IMG/VR virus record: IMGVR_UViG_3300017714_004846
Strand: one strand, 5' to 3'
Length of the DNA stretch: 64,000 nt
From: an uncultured virus (IMG/VR IMGVR_UViG_3300017714_004846)
Lineage: Duplodnaviria; Heunggongvirae; Uroviricota; Caudoviricetes
Of the stretch, positions 45,508 to 55,421 are shown in pieces (the first letter of the stretch is position 1; each line of letters begins with the position of its first letter). The translations under genes were made by a program, and so were the position numbers. Below the pieces are notes generated by a model. It was not told the DNA's origin, searched no databases, and saw only the letters and a list, made by a program, of their open reading frames with translations.

Positions 45508-46779
45508 ATGGGAAACATTAGAGAATGTTGTGAGTGTGGCAAGGCTGAAGGCTTAACCACGATTCAAACAGGAACTTATTGTTATGATTGTTTGCCCATT
45601 AACTTAGGTGCTGAAGATAGTTTAGACTATATGAACTATCTCAATGATTTACGAACTTATCCTGAACTACGAAACTTTACTGATGAGCAACTGCTGGCAA
45701 GGGGTATTGATTGTTTAGCATTACAAACTGCCAACCGAGAAAAGTTTGATGCAGAAGATAACTACGAGGCCACTTATGGAAAACGCCAAGCAGGAATTCG
45801 TAGACGGCTCAAGAAGAAAATTAAGTCGCAAACTATCCGAGGAACTGCGGCTGGAGAATGGTCGGCTCGTAAGTCGCAACTACTGAAAGAAAAGTATGAG
45901 GATGCTTGTGAGAGAGCCAATATCCGACCCTACAAAGGCAAGAAATCTCAATCCCAGAAAAATTTGAGTAAGTGGAGCAAACAAAATTGGAGAACAGCCA
46001 GTGGCAGAAAATCTTCCATAACTGGTGAACCCTATTTCCCTGCTAAAGCGGTAGAAGCACTCAAGAAAAAGGGATTATATGCCAAAGCCCGCCGTCAAAA
46101 AAGAGCCGCCACCAAATCGGGAAAACAAAATGCTCGCTATAGTGATGACATCCGTAAGATTGTAAAGCGTTTTCGGTCAGAGGAAAGAGGTTGCTATGAT
46201 TGCCCTAATTGTGGACATCAATTAACTGAGCGTAATTCTACGGGGTGGGGCGACTATTGTTATTGCTTTACTTGTGAAGAACACTTTATCACCAAACCTT
46301 TAGCCATGATTGCGGCTGCAGAATCAAGACCAGATTGGGAAGATATTGATTGGAAAACAGATAAGCCTCCTGCCAAAGAAAATGAAGATTGGGGCGATGA
46401 TGTAGAATGGGATGCTGAAAATAAAGAAGTTGCGCTAAAGGAATTTGACGAAACAGACCTTGCTAAAGGAAAAAATGTGGATGACCACTTGGCATGGCAA
46501 CTCAAGAAATATTCTAAAATCAATGAAGATGGAAATATTGGGTGTCCCGAATGCGGCTCAGTAGATTTGTTTGCTCGTGAGTTCACAGATAAGGGTGTCA
46601 AATGGAACTGTTGGGATTGTATGTATTCTCGTAAAATAGAAACTCTCAAATCTCAAAAAGACATCACTTTAGAAAAATTCGGTCTGGTCTTCCCTTGTGC
46701 CAAGTGTGGTGAAGACATCAAAGCATTTAATCGTTATTCTTTCATCCTACACCAAAGAAAATGCGAGGGTAAAAAATGA
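45508..46779 (+). CDS. multidomain protein with basic DUF5872-like domain and several Zn ribbons
   Basis: GEWSARKSQLL..QKNLSKWSKQNWRT..GEPYFP; multiple CxxC; LGAE, FDAE, FRSE, AAAE, WDAE borders. Confidence 0.75.
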   Translation: MGNIRECCECGKAEGLTTIQTGTYCYDCLPINLGAEDSLDYMNYLNDLRTYPELRNFTDEQLLARGIDCLALQTANREKFDAEDNYEATYGKRQAGIRRRLKKKIKSQTIRGTAAGEWSARKSQLLKEKYEDACERANIRPYKGKKSQSQKNLSKWSKQNWRTASGRKSSITGEPYFPAKAVEALKKKGLYAKARRQKRAATKSGKQNARYSDDIRKIVKRFRSEERGCYDCPNCGHQLTERNSTGWGDYCYCFTCEEHFITKPLAMIAAAESRPDWEDIDWKTDKPPAKENEDWGDDVEWDAENKEVALKEFDETDLAKGKNVDDHLAWQLKKYSKINEDGNIGCPECGSVDLFAREFTDKGVKWNCWDCMYSRKIETLKSQKDITLEKFGLVFPCAKCGEDIKAFNRYSFILHQRKCEGKK

Positions 46780-47219
46780 ATCTTATCAATTGGGTTCGCA
46801 ATCCTGCATTGATGTGGAGTTTCTCTACACAAAGAGTGGGTTTATCTCGGGATTTATTTTATGCTCCTTCTCGTGAACACGCTCAAGCAGCAATTATACG
46901 CCACATGAGGATGATGTTTGGAGAGGAATTAGACGAGTTAGGGTGGGAGCGAAATGAGGAATATAACGCTGATGTTTTAGTGGAATATACAGATGGTCAA
47001 TCACAAGGGGATTTCGGTTATCTGAAATTAGTAAATGACCAAATCAAAACCTTAAATGAAGTAATGGATAATTATGTGGAACTCACTGAAGAAGAAAAAC
47101 AAAAGAAAAAACAACGGATGGAAGAAATAAGGAAAATGTATAAACAAATGACTCCTACTTCTGACCCCGAAGATTATTACGCTTATCCACGACAGTCAAG
47201 TTTCTATCCTGAAGAATAG
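46776..47219 (+). CDS. hypothetical protein, N-terminal LINW motif
   Basis: Starts MNLINWVRNP; ATGA-coupled. Confidence 0.8.
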   Translation: MNLINWVRNPALMWSFSTQRVGLSRDLFYAPSREHAQAAIIRHMRMMFGEELDELGWERNEEYNADVLVEYTDGQSQGDFGYLKLVNDQIKTLNEVMDNYVELTEEEKQKKKQRMEEIRKMYKQMTPTSDPEDYYAYPRQSSFYPEE

Positions 47220-47230
47220 TTTGCTCTGTG

Positions 47231-47240
47231 TTAAATAGGT
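47231..47240 (+). promoter_or_regulatory. TTAAATAGGT-class promoter of DP2
   Basis: Exact motif 29 nt before ATG 47260. Confidence 0.75.
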
Positions 47241-47259
47241 GATGCAACGCTTAATTATC

Positions 47260-50200
47260 ATGGCGTGGTCGCACGATGAATACATTGAGAGGCTCAAGAC
47301 AGATGCTGACCATGCTTACGAAATTGCAGGTCAGGCTCGGGCCAAGGGATTAGACCCTAAAATAGAAGTAGAGATTCCTCAAGCGTTTGACCTTGCCGAC
47401 AGATGCCAAAAATTATTGGATTTTCTACACGCTCGTAAAACCGCTGAACAGATTCGTGAACTCACTCAGCATCATGATGGCAACCGTGAAATGGTAGCAT
47501 TAGATATTGCTAAAATCGTGACCGCCGAATCATGGTTGTATGGTGTAAAGAAAAAATGCGAGGCTTGTGGCGGAGAAAAGGTAGTGCAGAAGGGTCGTAG
47601 GAAAGTTTCCTGTGATGCCTGTGAAGGCACTGGAATGATACTGGAATACTCCGAAGATATTGATAAGCCTTGGCAAGAAACACTGGAAAAATTCTCGGAG
47701 GTTGAAAAATCTTTAAGGGATGAAACTTTAGTGGCGTTGTGCATTTATCATGGTGTGTGTGCAGGGTTGGCTATTCTCACGGAAGGAATTCTGGTTGCAC
47801 CACTGGAGGGTGTGGTTTCGTGTCGTTTAATTACTAATGGGGACAGTAGTAAATCTTTGGCTATCAACTTTGCAGGACCTATCCGAAGTGCTGGTGGAAC
47901 AGGTCAGGCCCTATCGGTCTTGATTGGAGATATTATTAGGCGTGAATTCAACTTACAACCTCCTCAAATTACCTTTGAAGAGGCAGAACGATACAAAGAA
48001 GAAGTAAGCAAATATGCTCGTGGTCTACAATACCGACCCTCTAACCCACAATTGGAAGTTATTGCTTATAATTGTCCTGTGTATATTGATGGTGAAGGCG
48101 TGGGCAACGAAGTATCAGGGCAGCGTGATTTACCCAGAGTGCCAACCAATAAAGTTCGGGAAGGTATGCTGTTGGTTATGTGTGAAGGTTTAGTTCTGAA
48201 AGCCCCGAAGATTTTGAAATATACGGAAGCCCTTGGATTTGAAGAATGGGATTGGCTCAAACAATTCACTGGAGGCAAAGGAGATGAGAAGGCTAAGAAA
48301 GCCAGCATTGAACCAAACTACAAGTATTTGGGTGATGTGTTAGCAGGTAGACCTATCTTTGGACAACCCATGAGCGTAGGTGGATTCCGTCTTAGGTATG
48401 GTCGTAGTAGATTAGCAGGATTAGCCACTACTGCCATGCACCCTGCTTCTATGAGGGCGGTGGGTAGTTTCCTCATCATTGGAACTCAAATGAAATATGA
48501 GCGTCCCGGTAAAGCCACAGTGGTGACTCCTTGCGATAGCATTGAGGGACCTTATGTGCAGTTTAACGATGGCTCGGCCCGAAGAATTCAGTCTTTGGAA
48601 GATTTAGAAGATGCTATCCCTACGGAAGAAGAATGGAATGTAGCAAAAGTGTGGGACATCGGAGAACTTTTAGTTCCTGTGGGTGAATTTTTGGAAAACA
48701 ACCATCCTTTAGCACCCAGCCCTTATGTTTCTGAATGGCACGAATTAGTTTTAGGTAAAGAAGAACTTACTTATCCAGAGAACTTTTCTACAGCATTAGA
48801 ACAATCCCAAAAATTTGGGGTGCCAATGGCTCCAGATTATGTAGCGCACTTTAGTGACATAAAATCTATAGATTTACAAGAACTTTTATCTGGAATTAAA
48901 GTAGATGATTCCGGGGCGCAAGTGGAGCCAGAATTTTTGGACACCATCTATCGGCTCAATATTGATGTAGATGCGAACCGATACCTATCTGGTGCTAAAT
49001 CGGCTCTATTATTGAATCTGGTAGAAAGTAAATCCCAATTGAATTTTGATTCGGATGCTTCGGCCAATTCTTTGGATGTTATCCGAAACTTTTACAATTT
49101 TCCAATTGAAAATCCAATTTCTATTCGTATTGGAGGTCGCATGGGCAAACCTGAAGGAAGCAAACTCCGAGAGATGAAACCTCCGATTCATTGCAACTTC
49201 CCTGTGGGCTTCAATGTGGGTAGCCTCCGACTCCTTCGCACAGCCGCAGACCAAGACGAAGATGTAGAATTAGGGTGGAGAATGTGTGATGTGTGCGATA
49301 CCGAAACTATTTGGGGCGTGTGTTGTGGAGCCGAAACTCGTTTCGTAGGTGTGAAGTGGGATAATATAGACATCAAGGAGTTATATGAATCCTCTTTAGA
49401 ACAAGCGCAACAAAGCGATGGTAAAATTAAGGGTGTCAAGGGTGTTACCAGCAGTGAAAAAACTCCTGAGCGTCCACTCAAAGGTATTCTGCGATTCAAA
49501 CATGGGATTTCTACTTTCCGAGATGGAACTATTCGTTTTGATATGGTAGATATTACCATGACTCATTTCCGTCCCCGAGAAATTGGTATGACTTTAGAAC
49601 AAGCCCGAGAATTGGGATATGATTGCAACAGCATAGATGATATTTGTGAGTTGCGTCCTCAAGATGTGGTTTTGCCTTTGAATTGCAGTGAGAAAATTTT
49701 AGCCACGGCAAATTATATGGATGACCTCTTGGAGAAAATGTATGGTTTAGATGCTTACTATAATTGCAAGGAAATAAACGATTTAATCGGACACTATGTT
49801 ATGGGTATCGCTCCTCACACATCTGGGGCTATCTTAGCCCGAATTATTGGGTTTGCTAATATCAAGGGCCACTATGGACATCATTACTACCACGCCGCTA
49901 AACGCCGTAATTGTGATGGTGATATTGATGCAGTGCTGTTGTTGTTAGATGGGCTGATTAATTTTAGCAAGAAATTCTTGCCGGGTCATCGTGGCGGGCA
50001 AATGGATGCTCCTTTGATTCTTACCACCAAAATTGTGCCATCAGAGATTGATAAAGAAGCCTTGAATGTAGAGATTGTAGACCACTATCCCTTGGAATTT
50101 TACGAACTCACTCGTGGTATCATTGATGAGGACGGAGATTTAGTTCCTGCTCCTGCTAAAGCAGCCTTGGATGCAGGAGTGGTTATTGTGGAGTCGGTCT

Positions 50201-50757
50201 TAGGAACAGACTTGCAATATGTGGGGCAAAACTTTACTCACGATACCCGAGATTGTAGCGAAGGCCCAGCAAACAACCCCTACAACACATTAGATTCTAT
50301 GCGACAGAAAACCATGGCTCAATTCGCTTTGGGAGATTGTTTAGAGTCAGTAGATAATGTAGACCAATCATCCCGATTGATTAACCGACACTTGATTCGT
50401 GATATGAGGGGAAATCTTCGGGCTTACGGGCAACAAAAGGTTCGTTGTCCTAAATGTGGTGCTAAGTATCGCCGTCCACCCATTTCGGGTCAGTGCATGA
50501 CTATTTTGGAAACTAAAGAAAACCCATTTTCGGGGGAAATGGAAGATATTATGTGTGATGGTAGGATTATCCTTACCGTGACTCATGGCTCAGTGGCTAA
50601 ATATGATAAATTGATGGCAGAATTAGTAGACCGCTACGGAGCAGATGGTTATACCGAGGGATTATATCAACAAGTATCTAAATGGGTCAAAGAAACCTTT
50701 GAGGACAAGAAGATTAAATCTCAAAGCAGATTGCCTTTGCCTGATGACCCTGATTAA
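47260..50757 (+). CDS. polC: DNA polymerase D large (catalytic) subunit DP2
   Basis: AILTEG..VAPLEG, FAGPIRSAGGTGQALSV, GGFRLRYGRSR, IGGRMGKPE, FRDGTIRFD, APHTS, AAKRRNCDGDID, MDAPL, CPKC Zn finger. Confidence 0.97.
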   Translation: MAWSHDEYIERLKTDADHAYEIAGQARAKGLDPKIEVEIPQAFDLADRCQKLLDFLHARKTAEQIRELTQHHDGNREMVALDIAKIVTAESWLYGVKKKCEACGGEKVVQKGRRKVSCDACEGTGMILEYSEDIDKPWQETLEKFSEVEKSLRDETLVALCIYHGVCAGLAILTEGILVAPLEGVVSCRLITNGDSSKSLAINFAGPIRSAGGTGQALSVLIGDIIRREFNLQPPQITFEEAERYKEEVSKYARGLQYRPSNPQLEVIAYNCPVYIDGEGVGNEVSGQRDLPRVPTNKVREGMLLVMCEGLVLKAPKILKYTEALGFEEWDWLKQFTGGKGDEKAKKASIEPNYKYLGDVLAGRPIFGQPMSVGGFRLRYGRSRLAGLATTAMHPASMRAVGSFLIIGTQMKYERPGKATVVTPCDSIEGPYVQFNDGSARRIQSLEDLEDAIPTEEEWNVAKVWDIGELLVPVGEFLENNHPLAPSPYVSEWHELVLGKEELTYPENFSTALEQSQKFGVPMAPDYVAHFSDIKSIDLQELLSGIKVDDSGAQVEPEFLDTIYRLNIDVDANRYLSGAKSALLLNLVESKSQLNFDSDASANSLDVIRNFYNFPIENPISIRIGGRMGKPEGSKLREMKPPIHCNFPVGFNVGSLRLLRTAADQDEDVELGWRMCDVCDTETIWGVCCGAETRFVGVKWDNIDIKELYESSLEQAQQSDGKIKGVKGVTSSEKTPERPLKGILRFKHGISTFRDGTIRFDMVDITMTHFRPREIGMTLEQARELGYDCNSIDDICELRPQDVVLPLNCSEKILATANYMDDLLEKMYGLDAYYNCKEINDLIGHYVMGIAPHTSGAILARIIGFANIKGHYGHHYYHAAKRRNCDGDIDAVLLLLDGLINFSKKFLPGHRGGQMDAPLILTTKIVPSEIDKEALNVEIVDHYPLEFYELTRGIIDEDGDLVPAPAKAALDAGVVIVESVLGTDLQYVGQNFTHDTRDCSEGPANNPYNTLDSMRQKTMAQFALGDCLESVDNVDQSSRLINRHLIRDMRGNLRAYGQQKVRCPKCGAKYRRPPISGQCMTILETKENPFSGEMEDIMCDGRIILTVTHGSVAKYDKLMAELVDRYGADGYTEGLYQQVSKWVKETFEDKKIKSQSRLPLPDDPD

Positions 50758-50960
50758 CCATACATAGCATCGTTATCATCTGGCAATTCAGGAAGTTCGG
50801 TCTTTTTGAGAGCCAGAGATAGTTCTACTAAATGTTTGAGTAAAGACTTGATTTCGCCTAATTCAGAATGCAACAAATCATTCATTTCTAAAACTTGGGT
50901 GATTTGAGATGCCACTTCGCCCAAAGTTAGTTCAGACTTGGGCTCGGGAGATTCTGACAT
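50754..50960 (-). CDS. small coiled-coil protein
   Basis: Promoter ttgaaatagt 50981-50990 (minus). Confidence 0.7.
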   Translation of the reverse strand: MSESPEPKSELTLGEVASQITQVLEMNDLLHSELGEIKSLLKHLVELSLALKKTELPELPDDNDAMYG

Positions 50961-50991
50961 AATAACCTATGGTAATTGCAACTATTTCAAT

Positions 50992-51363
50992 CTATTCAGA
51001 TGGTAGTCCTGAAGCGGGGGAATTTTCTATTTGTTCGGCAATAGTATTCAGAGCCGAAGCAGGAATTAAGCCCAGAGTGGAACTACTGGCTATTCCTCGC
51101 AAAGTGGTAGCCAGCACTGAAAACGCCTCTTGGTAGGCTGCTATTTGTGCCAAAAATGCGGTTTGTAATTCACTCACACCTTCTTGGATTCCCTCTTGTA
51201 GTTCATCTACGCCTTCTTTAGCCGACTCCATACGCATTTTTAGGTCAAAGTTTTCAGCCACGAGCGACCTAACTTTATCTTGAAGAACTCCTATTTTTTG
51301 GACATCAGACTCTATGGTTTCTACAGGAGTGCGAAGCCAATTGATGGGTGTTGGAAGGGTCAT
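50992..51363 (-). CDS. coiled-coil protein, N-terminal LPTPINW motif
   Basis: Starts MTLPTPINWLRTP. Confidence 0.85.
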   Translation of the reverse strand: MTLPTPINWLRTPVETIESDVQKIGVLQDKVRSLVAENFDLKMRMESAKEGVDELQEGIQEGVSELQTAFLAQIAAYQEAFSVLATTLRGIASSSTLGLIPASALNTIAEQIENSPASGLPSE

Positions 51364-51365
51364 GA

Positions 51366-51620
51366 TTACATCTCCAGACCTAAACCCGCCATGTCGTCAA
51401 TAACTGACTCGTCGGGAGTATTTTCTAAGTAAAGGTTTTCGGGAGATTCAGCGTTGGAAACTTGCTGTTCAAAAGCCATATCTGTTCCGCCCAATAATAA
51501 CATAGTGAGTCCTGATGCGGAAACTACGGGGCTGGATTGAGCATAATCAGTATAAGCCAAGACACGACCAAAGACTAAAACTAATGCGCCCAGTCCTGCT
51601 AAACGAGAACCATCAATCAT
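51366..51620 (-). CDS. small two-TM membrane protein
   Basis: Promoter ttaaatagca 51640-51649 (minus), 29 nt upstream. Confidence 0.75.
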   Translation of the reverse strand: MIDGSRLAGLGALVLVFGRVLAYTDYAQSSPVVSASGLTMLLLGGTDMAFEQQVSNAESPENLYLENTPDESVIDDMAGLGLEM

Positions 51621-51651
51621 AACCCACTATTGTTGGGTCTGCTATTTAAAT

Positions 51652-51810
51652 TCACTCTTCGGGTTCTTCTGGTGCAGGAGGAGTATAATGAACCTCTACC
51701 TTTTCAATCAATTGATTCAGAACTTTGACGGCACGAACTCCAGCCACTTGAATGTTATCTAAGAGATTATACAAAAATTCAACTTCTTCTTCGGTTAGGT
51801 CTACTTGCAT
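51652..51810 (-). CDS. 52-aa protein (not in ORF track)
   Basis: MQVDLTEEEVEFLYNLLDNIQVAGVRAVKVLNQLIEKVEVHYTPPAPEEPEE; promoter ttaagtaggt 51831-51840 (minus). Confidence 0.7.
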   Translation of the reverse strand: MQVDLTEEEVEFLYNLLDNIQVAGVRAVKVLNQLIEKVEVHYTPPAPEEPEE

Positions 51811-51846
51811 ACTAATATAGTAGGGTGAGGACCTACTTAAAACTAA

Positions 51847-52653
51847 TCATATTCTTTCGCCACGGAAAGCCAGTTTAAGCCACCCAGTATAACGAAGGGC
51901 TGGTTCTCCCGTTAATTGCAATGTCACCACATAATTGATTGCCATACCATAATTTTCTCCTCTTTCTAAAGCCGTCAGCACTTCCGTAGGTATAGTAAAA
52001 TTGTATGTGGGCCATCCTACTTGTCCTGTAGCGGCGGATGTGGGGATATTAAGATTAATGTTGTTTTTATTCTTCATTTTTGGGGGTATTCCACTTTGCG
52101 ATTGTTCTAAAGTAACTGCGCCTTCTCCAGAGGTATTAGTTTGCGCCCTATCTCCTGCAGGGATGAAAGCCTCGCTAAAACAATTTACTTCATCACCTAC
52201 TCTCCATGTGGCGGGGTTAGCAAGATTATCTGCTCTGAAAGTAAAAACTCGGAGCGAGGCTGAGATAGAAGAATTGGCAGGAATATCTCTATCGTTCTGA
52301 AATCCAAAACCATATGAAAAACAAGGGGTGGTATCGTTCTCATTTCTGAACCACGCTCGGACAACGGTTGAGGGGTCACCTCGGGGGTCTACAAAATTAA
52401 CTACTTGAAAATCGGTATTGGGGTCTGCCACATCGGGGTCAGCCCTATCAAAAAGAGGAAATACCGTCTGGGTCATGATATTCCTACCATCTCTACTAAG
52501 CACTGCAAATGGTGTATTACTCGGGTTGGTTCTATTAAGTTCTCCCGGAATCAAACTAATATTTAGGGGTCCTTGGGCTGGATAACCACGAGGAAATCCT
52601 GCTGTTGGTGCTTTGTATTTAGACTTAGCAGGAGTAGCAATTCCGATACGCAA
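51847..52653 (-). CDS. beta-rich probable structural protein
   Basis: TTG start after GAGGTGAGG; follows fibre gene. Confidence 0.75.
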   Translation of the reverse strand: MRIGIATPAKSKYKAPTAGFPRGYPAQGPLNISLIPGELNRTNPSNTPFAVLSRDGRNIMTQTVFPLFDRADPDVADPNTDFQVVNFVDPRGDPSTVVRAWFRNENDTTPCFSYGFGFQNDRDIPANSSISASLRVFTFRADNLANPATWRVGDEVNCFSEAFIPAGDRAQTNTSGEGAVTLEQSQSGIPPKMKNKNNINLNIPTSAATGQVGWPTYNFTIPTEVLTALERGENYGMAINYVVTLQLTGEPALRYTGWLKLAFRGERI

Positions 52654-52664
52654 CTTACCTCACC

Positions 52665-54449
52665 TCAGACAACTGTGACATTTCCAAATACTTGGACCGC
52701 AACACTACCAACAGGAGTTGCATCTCCCAAAACATACAAAGTAAAAGGTTCCAAAATGGGAACGGTAAAGCCAGTTCCTACGGTTCCTCCTCCGATAACA
52801 ACATCTGCCGCTCCACCTCCAGAAGTAAGGGAAACTGAGATAACAGGGATGCTTCCATCATTGATGGGGACAAAAGTTGCAGTAGCACCTGTGGCTTGGC
52901 TTAAGTTAAGTGCGCCATCGCTCAGAACATATGATTCTTCCGCAAGAATTTGAGTTTTTCCTACGGTATCCTCCGTGAACAATTCTGCGCCGTTGGCGAG
53001 TGGGTTGCCTACACGAGTTCCAGCGATGATACTACTAAATCCATTGGCAGTGATGTTTCCAGTTCCTCCGGTTCCTCCAGAAGTATCATTAACAATTATA
53101 TCTCCATCAGAGACAGTAAGATTACTGCTTGCATAGGTAAAGTTGGAAGTTCCTGCGAAAACATCACCCGCACCATATACTTGAATATCACCTACAGCAC
53201 CACCGGGAAGTAATCCTGCTCCTCCTGTGGAAGTAATGGTAGTTCCTGAAATAGATAAACCTGTTCCCGCAGTAAGATAAGTTAATTTACCAGCACTATC
53301 GTCCCAGAAAACTATTCTATCAGCACCGGGGTCTACGCCACTAATTGCTCCTGAAGACACCGACAAAATATCGGCAGCAGAAGTTGTGATGGTGACAGTA
53401 TCGCCAGTAGCGTAATTGGGGATATTTAGCACTCCGCTATTTAATGTCGCTGCGCCTGATGTCCCTGAAGTGGTTAATGATGCAAATGGGGATGCAGTAA
53501 TCTGAGTGGTTCCATCGGGCCAAGTAATTCCTCCTGTCGCACTTGAGGCATCAAAAATAAATGTATTATTTCCCAGAACTGTTAATTGTTGATTTGTAGT
53601 AACACTCAAAGTAATGGATTTGGTCTGGGAAGACATATTAATTAATGGGTCATTACCTGTTAATCCAGTAGTCATGGTTATCCCACCTGATGCTTCAGAG
53701 AATTGGAAGGAACTGCTTCCGCCGATGGTATCTGCACCTGTGCCAACTGCTATTTGGTCTGCGGCGATAGTTCCTGCAATGCCACCCGATGCTGCTTGGA
53801 AGGTTGCATTACCGCTCCCATCCTTCGTGAGAACATGGCCTGTTGTAGCCCCTGATACTGCGGTAAGTGCATCAATAGCCGCTTGAGCCGTTGATGCGCC
53901 TGTTCCTCCATCAAGAATTGCTAAATCAGTAATCCCTGTTATTGAACCTCCTGTGATAGCAACCAAGTTTGCATTTTGTGTCGCTATCGTTCCAAGTCCA
54001 AGACTTGCTCTTGCGGTTGCGCCCGACTCATATGCAAATACACCTGCGCCTGTTGCTACAATAAACTGCCCATCCGAAGCGGGCGCACCAAGCGTGTTCA
54101 AATCCTCAAGAACGCCTGTGGTTTGAACGGTGACGGTATCTGTGGCTGAAGCCACAGAAGTAAGACCTCCGCCTCCAGCAATTGTCACATTGTTGGCATC
54201 AGTAATGGTTTGTTGAGGACCAGAATTGCCTCTCAAAATCCATGAGTTCATACCACCACTTCCTCCTCCAGAAGATGAAATCTTAATTTGATTAGGTGAT
54301 GTGCCAGTAAGAGTAATATTTGCTCCTGCGACTAAAACAATATCTGGGTTTCCTGCTACGGAAGTGGCTCCTGAAACGGTTCCACCATCAGCAGTTAGTC
54401 TGAAACTGTTTGAACCTGCGGCTCCTGTTCCCGAATAATCGTTAGCCAC
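52665..54449 (-). CDS. Gly/Thr/Ala-rich fibre or spike protein
   Basis: Fibre-type segments ARASLGLGTIATQNAN..ITGGSITGITDLAILDGGTGASTA, LTAGTGLSISGTTI; probable GTG start 54449. Confidence 0.8.
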   Translation of the reverse strand: MANDYSGTGAAGSNSFRLTADGGTVSGATSVAGNPDIVLVAGANITLTGTSPNQIKISSSGGGSGGMNSWILRGNSGPQQTITDANNVTIAGGGGLTSVASATDTVTVQTTGVLEDLNTLGAPASDGQFIVATGAGVFAYESGATARASLGLGTIATQNANLVAITGGSITGITDLAILDGGTGASTAQAAIDALTAVSGATTGHVLTKDGSGNATFQAASGGIAGTIAADQIAVGTGADTIGGSSSFQFSEASGGITMTTGLTGNDPLINMSSQTKSITLSVTTNQQLTVLGNNTFIFDASSATGGITWPDGTTQITASPFASLTTSGTSGAATLNSGVLNIPNYATGDTVTITTSAADILSVSSGAISGVDPGADRIVFWDDSAGKLTYLTAGTGLSISGTTITSTGGAGLLPGGAVGDIQVYGAGDVFAGTSNFTYASSNLTVSDGDIIVNDTSGGTGGTGNITANGFSSIIAGTRVGNPLANGAELFTEDTVGKTQILAEESYVLSDGALNLSQATGATATFVPINDGSIPVISVSLTSGGGAADVVIGGGTVGTGFTVPILEPFTLYVLGDATPVGSVAVQVFGNVTVV

Positions 54450-54450
54450 A

Positions 54451-55407
54451 TCAAACCCCGCCTTCAAGTGCTTGTCTGCCAGTATCTGTGAATCCAGTTT
54501 GTTGTTCACTCCAACCTACAAAGGCGGCTTGCACAACTCCTGTAAGGGTATCTGCACCATCGGTGCCAGTGTTGATAATACGGAATACAATTTGTTTTTC
54601 TACTACCAGAGGCATTTCAAATTGCCATTGGTCAGATTGTGGGACTACTACACTCCATTGGAAATCGTCCCACTCAAAAATCAATTCTCCGTCTACCCAA
54701 ATTTGGTATTTAACTCCTGCTGTGCCACTTCCCGAAGTAGTGGGCTCTGTGTGTCCAAAACGAGAAATCAAGTAAAGTTCATTCTTGCGTCCTGCTTCCG
54801 TAGAAGTATTACCTGCTCCCGATGGTGTGTAAGTTTTTCCAGTAAATGACCCACCGCCTGAGCGGGCTCCTGTGGGAGTTCCTACAGATGATGGAGTAAA
54901 TGCTTGACTACCAACTGAAGAGGATGTGACTTCAGGAAAGGTTGGCACAGTGGAACTGGGTAGGGTGCTTTCCGCAGGGGCTCCATCTACCCATGTCTGC
55001 GTTCCTAAAACTCTGGCATCATTAACATTGATAACTACAGCATCAATAAATTCTCCAATAGCAAGATTGCCGCCACCCAATCCACTGAGATTGACGGCTT
55101 GGCGTTGAATTACATTCGCAGAGTTGCTTTTGGGGACTAAATGCCATGGATAGTTTTGAGCATTGTAATTATTGGGGTGAAGAGCCAAATTTTCTACCGC
55201 AGGACGAACTGGACGCTTGTAGGTAGAAGGGTCTATTCCCACACGCTGAGGTGCAGTAGCCAAAGAAGTTTCAGTGCTGTAAGATGAATAAGGCACTGGG
55301 GTGGAATTCACAGCCTCTCCTTTTTGAGAATAGCCTGTTTGAAACGCCTTCTTGCGATAGGCTCGCTTAACATTGCGGATGTTGTCATTTGTGTCACCAG
55401 ACGGCAT
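54451..55407 (-). CDS. beta-rich probable structural protein
   Basis: Alternating strands YQIWVDG, PLVVEKQIVFRII; promoter ttaaataaca 55439-55448 (minus), SD AGGTGA. Confidence 0.75.
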   Translation of the reverse strand: MPSGDTNDNIRNVKRAYRKKAFQTGYSQKGEAVNSTPVPYSSYSTETSLATAPQRVGIDPSTYKRPVRPAVENLALHPNNYNAQNYPWHLVPKSNSANVIQRQAVNLSGLGGGNLAIGEFIDAVVINVNDARVLGTQTWVDGAPAESTLPSSTVPTFPEVTSSSVGSQAFTPSSVGTPTGARSGGGSFTGKTYTPSGAGNTSTEAGRKNELYLISRFGHTEPTTSGSGTAGVKYQIWVDGELIFEWDDFQWSVVVPQSDQWQFEMPLVVEKQIVFRIINTGTDGADTLTGVVQAAFVGWSEQQTGFTDTGRQALEGGV

Positions 55408-55421
55408 GAAATCACCTATAC

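Noticed and set aside
47260..50757. Intein in DP2
   Set aside because: The length is ordinary for DP2, conserved motifs are contiguous, and no C..HN splice junctions or LAGLIDADG motifs were seen.
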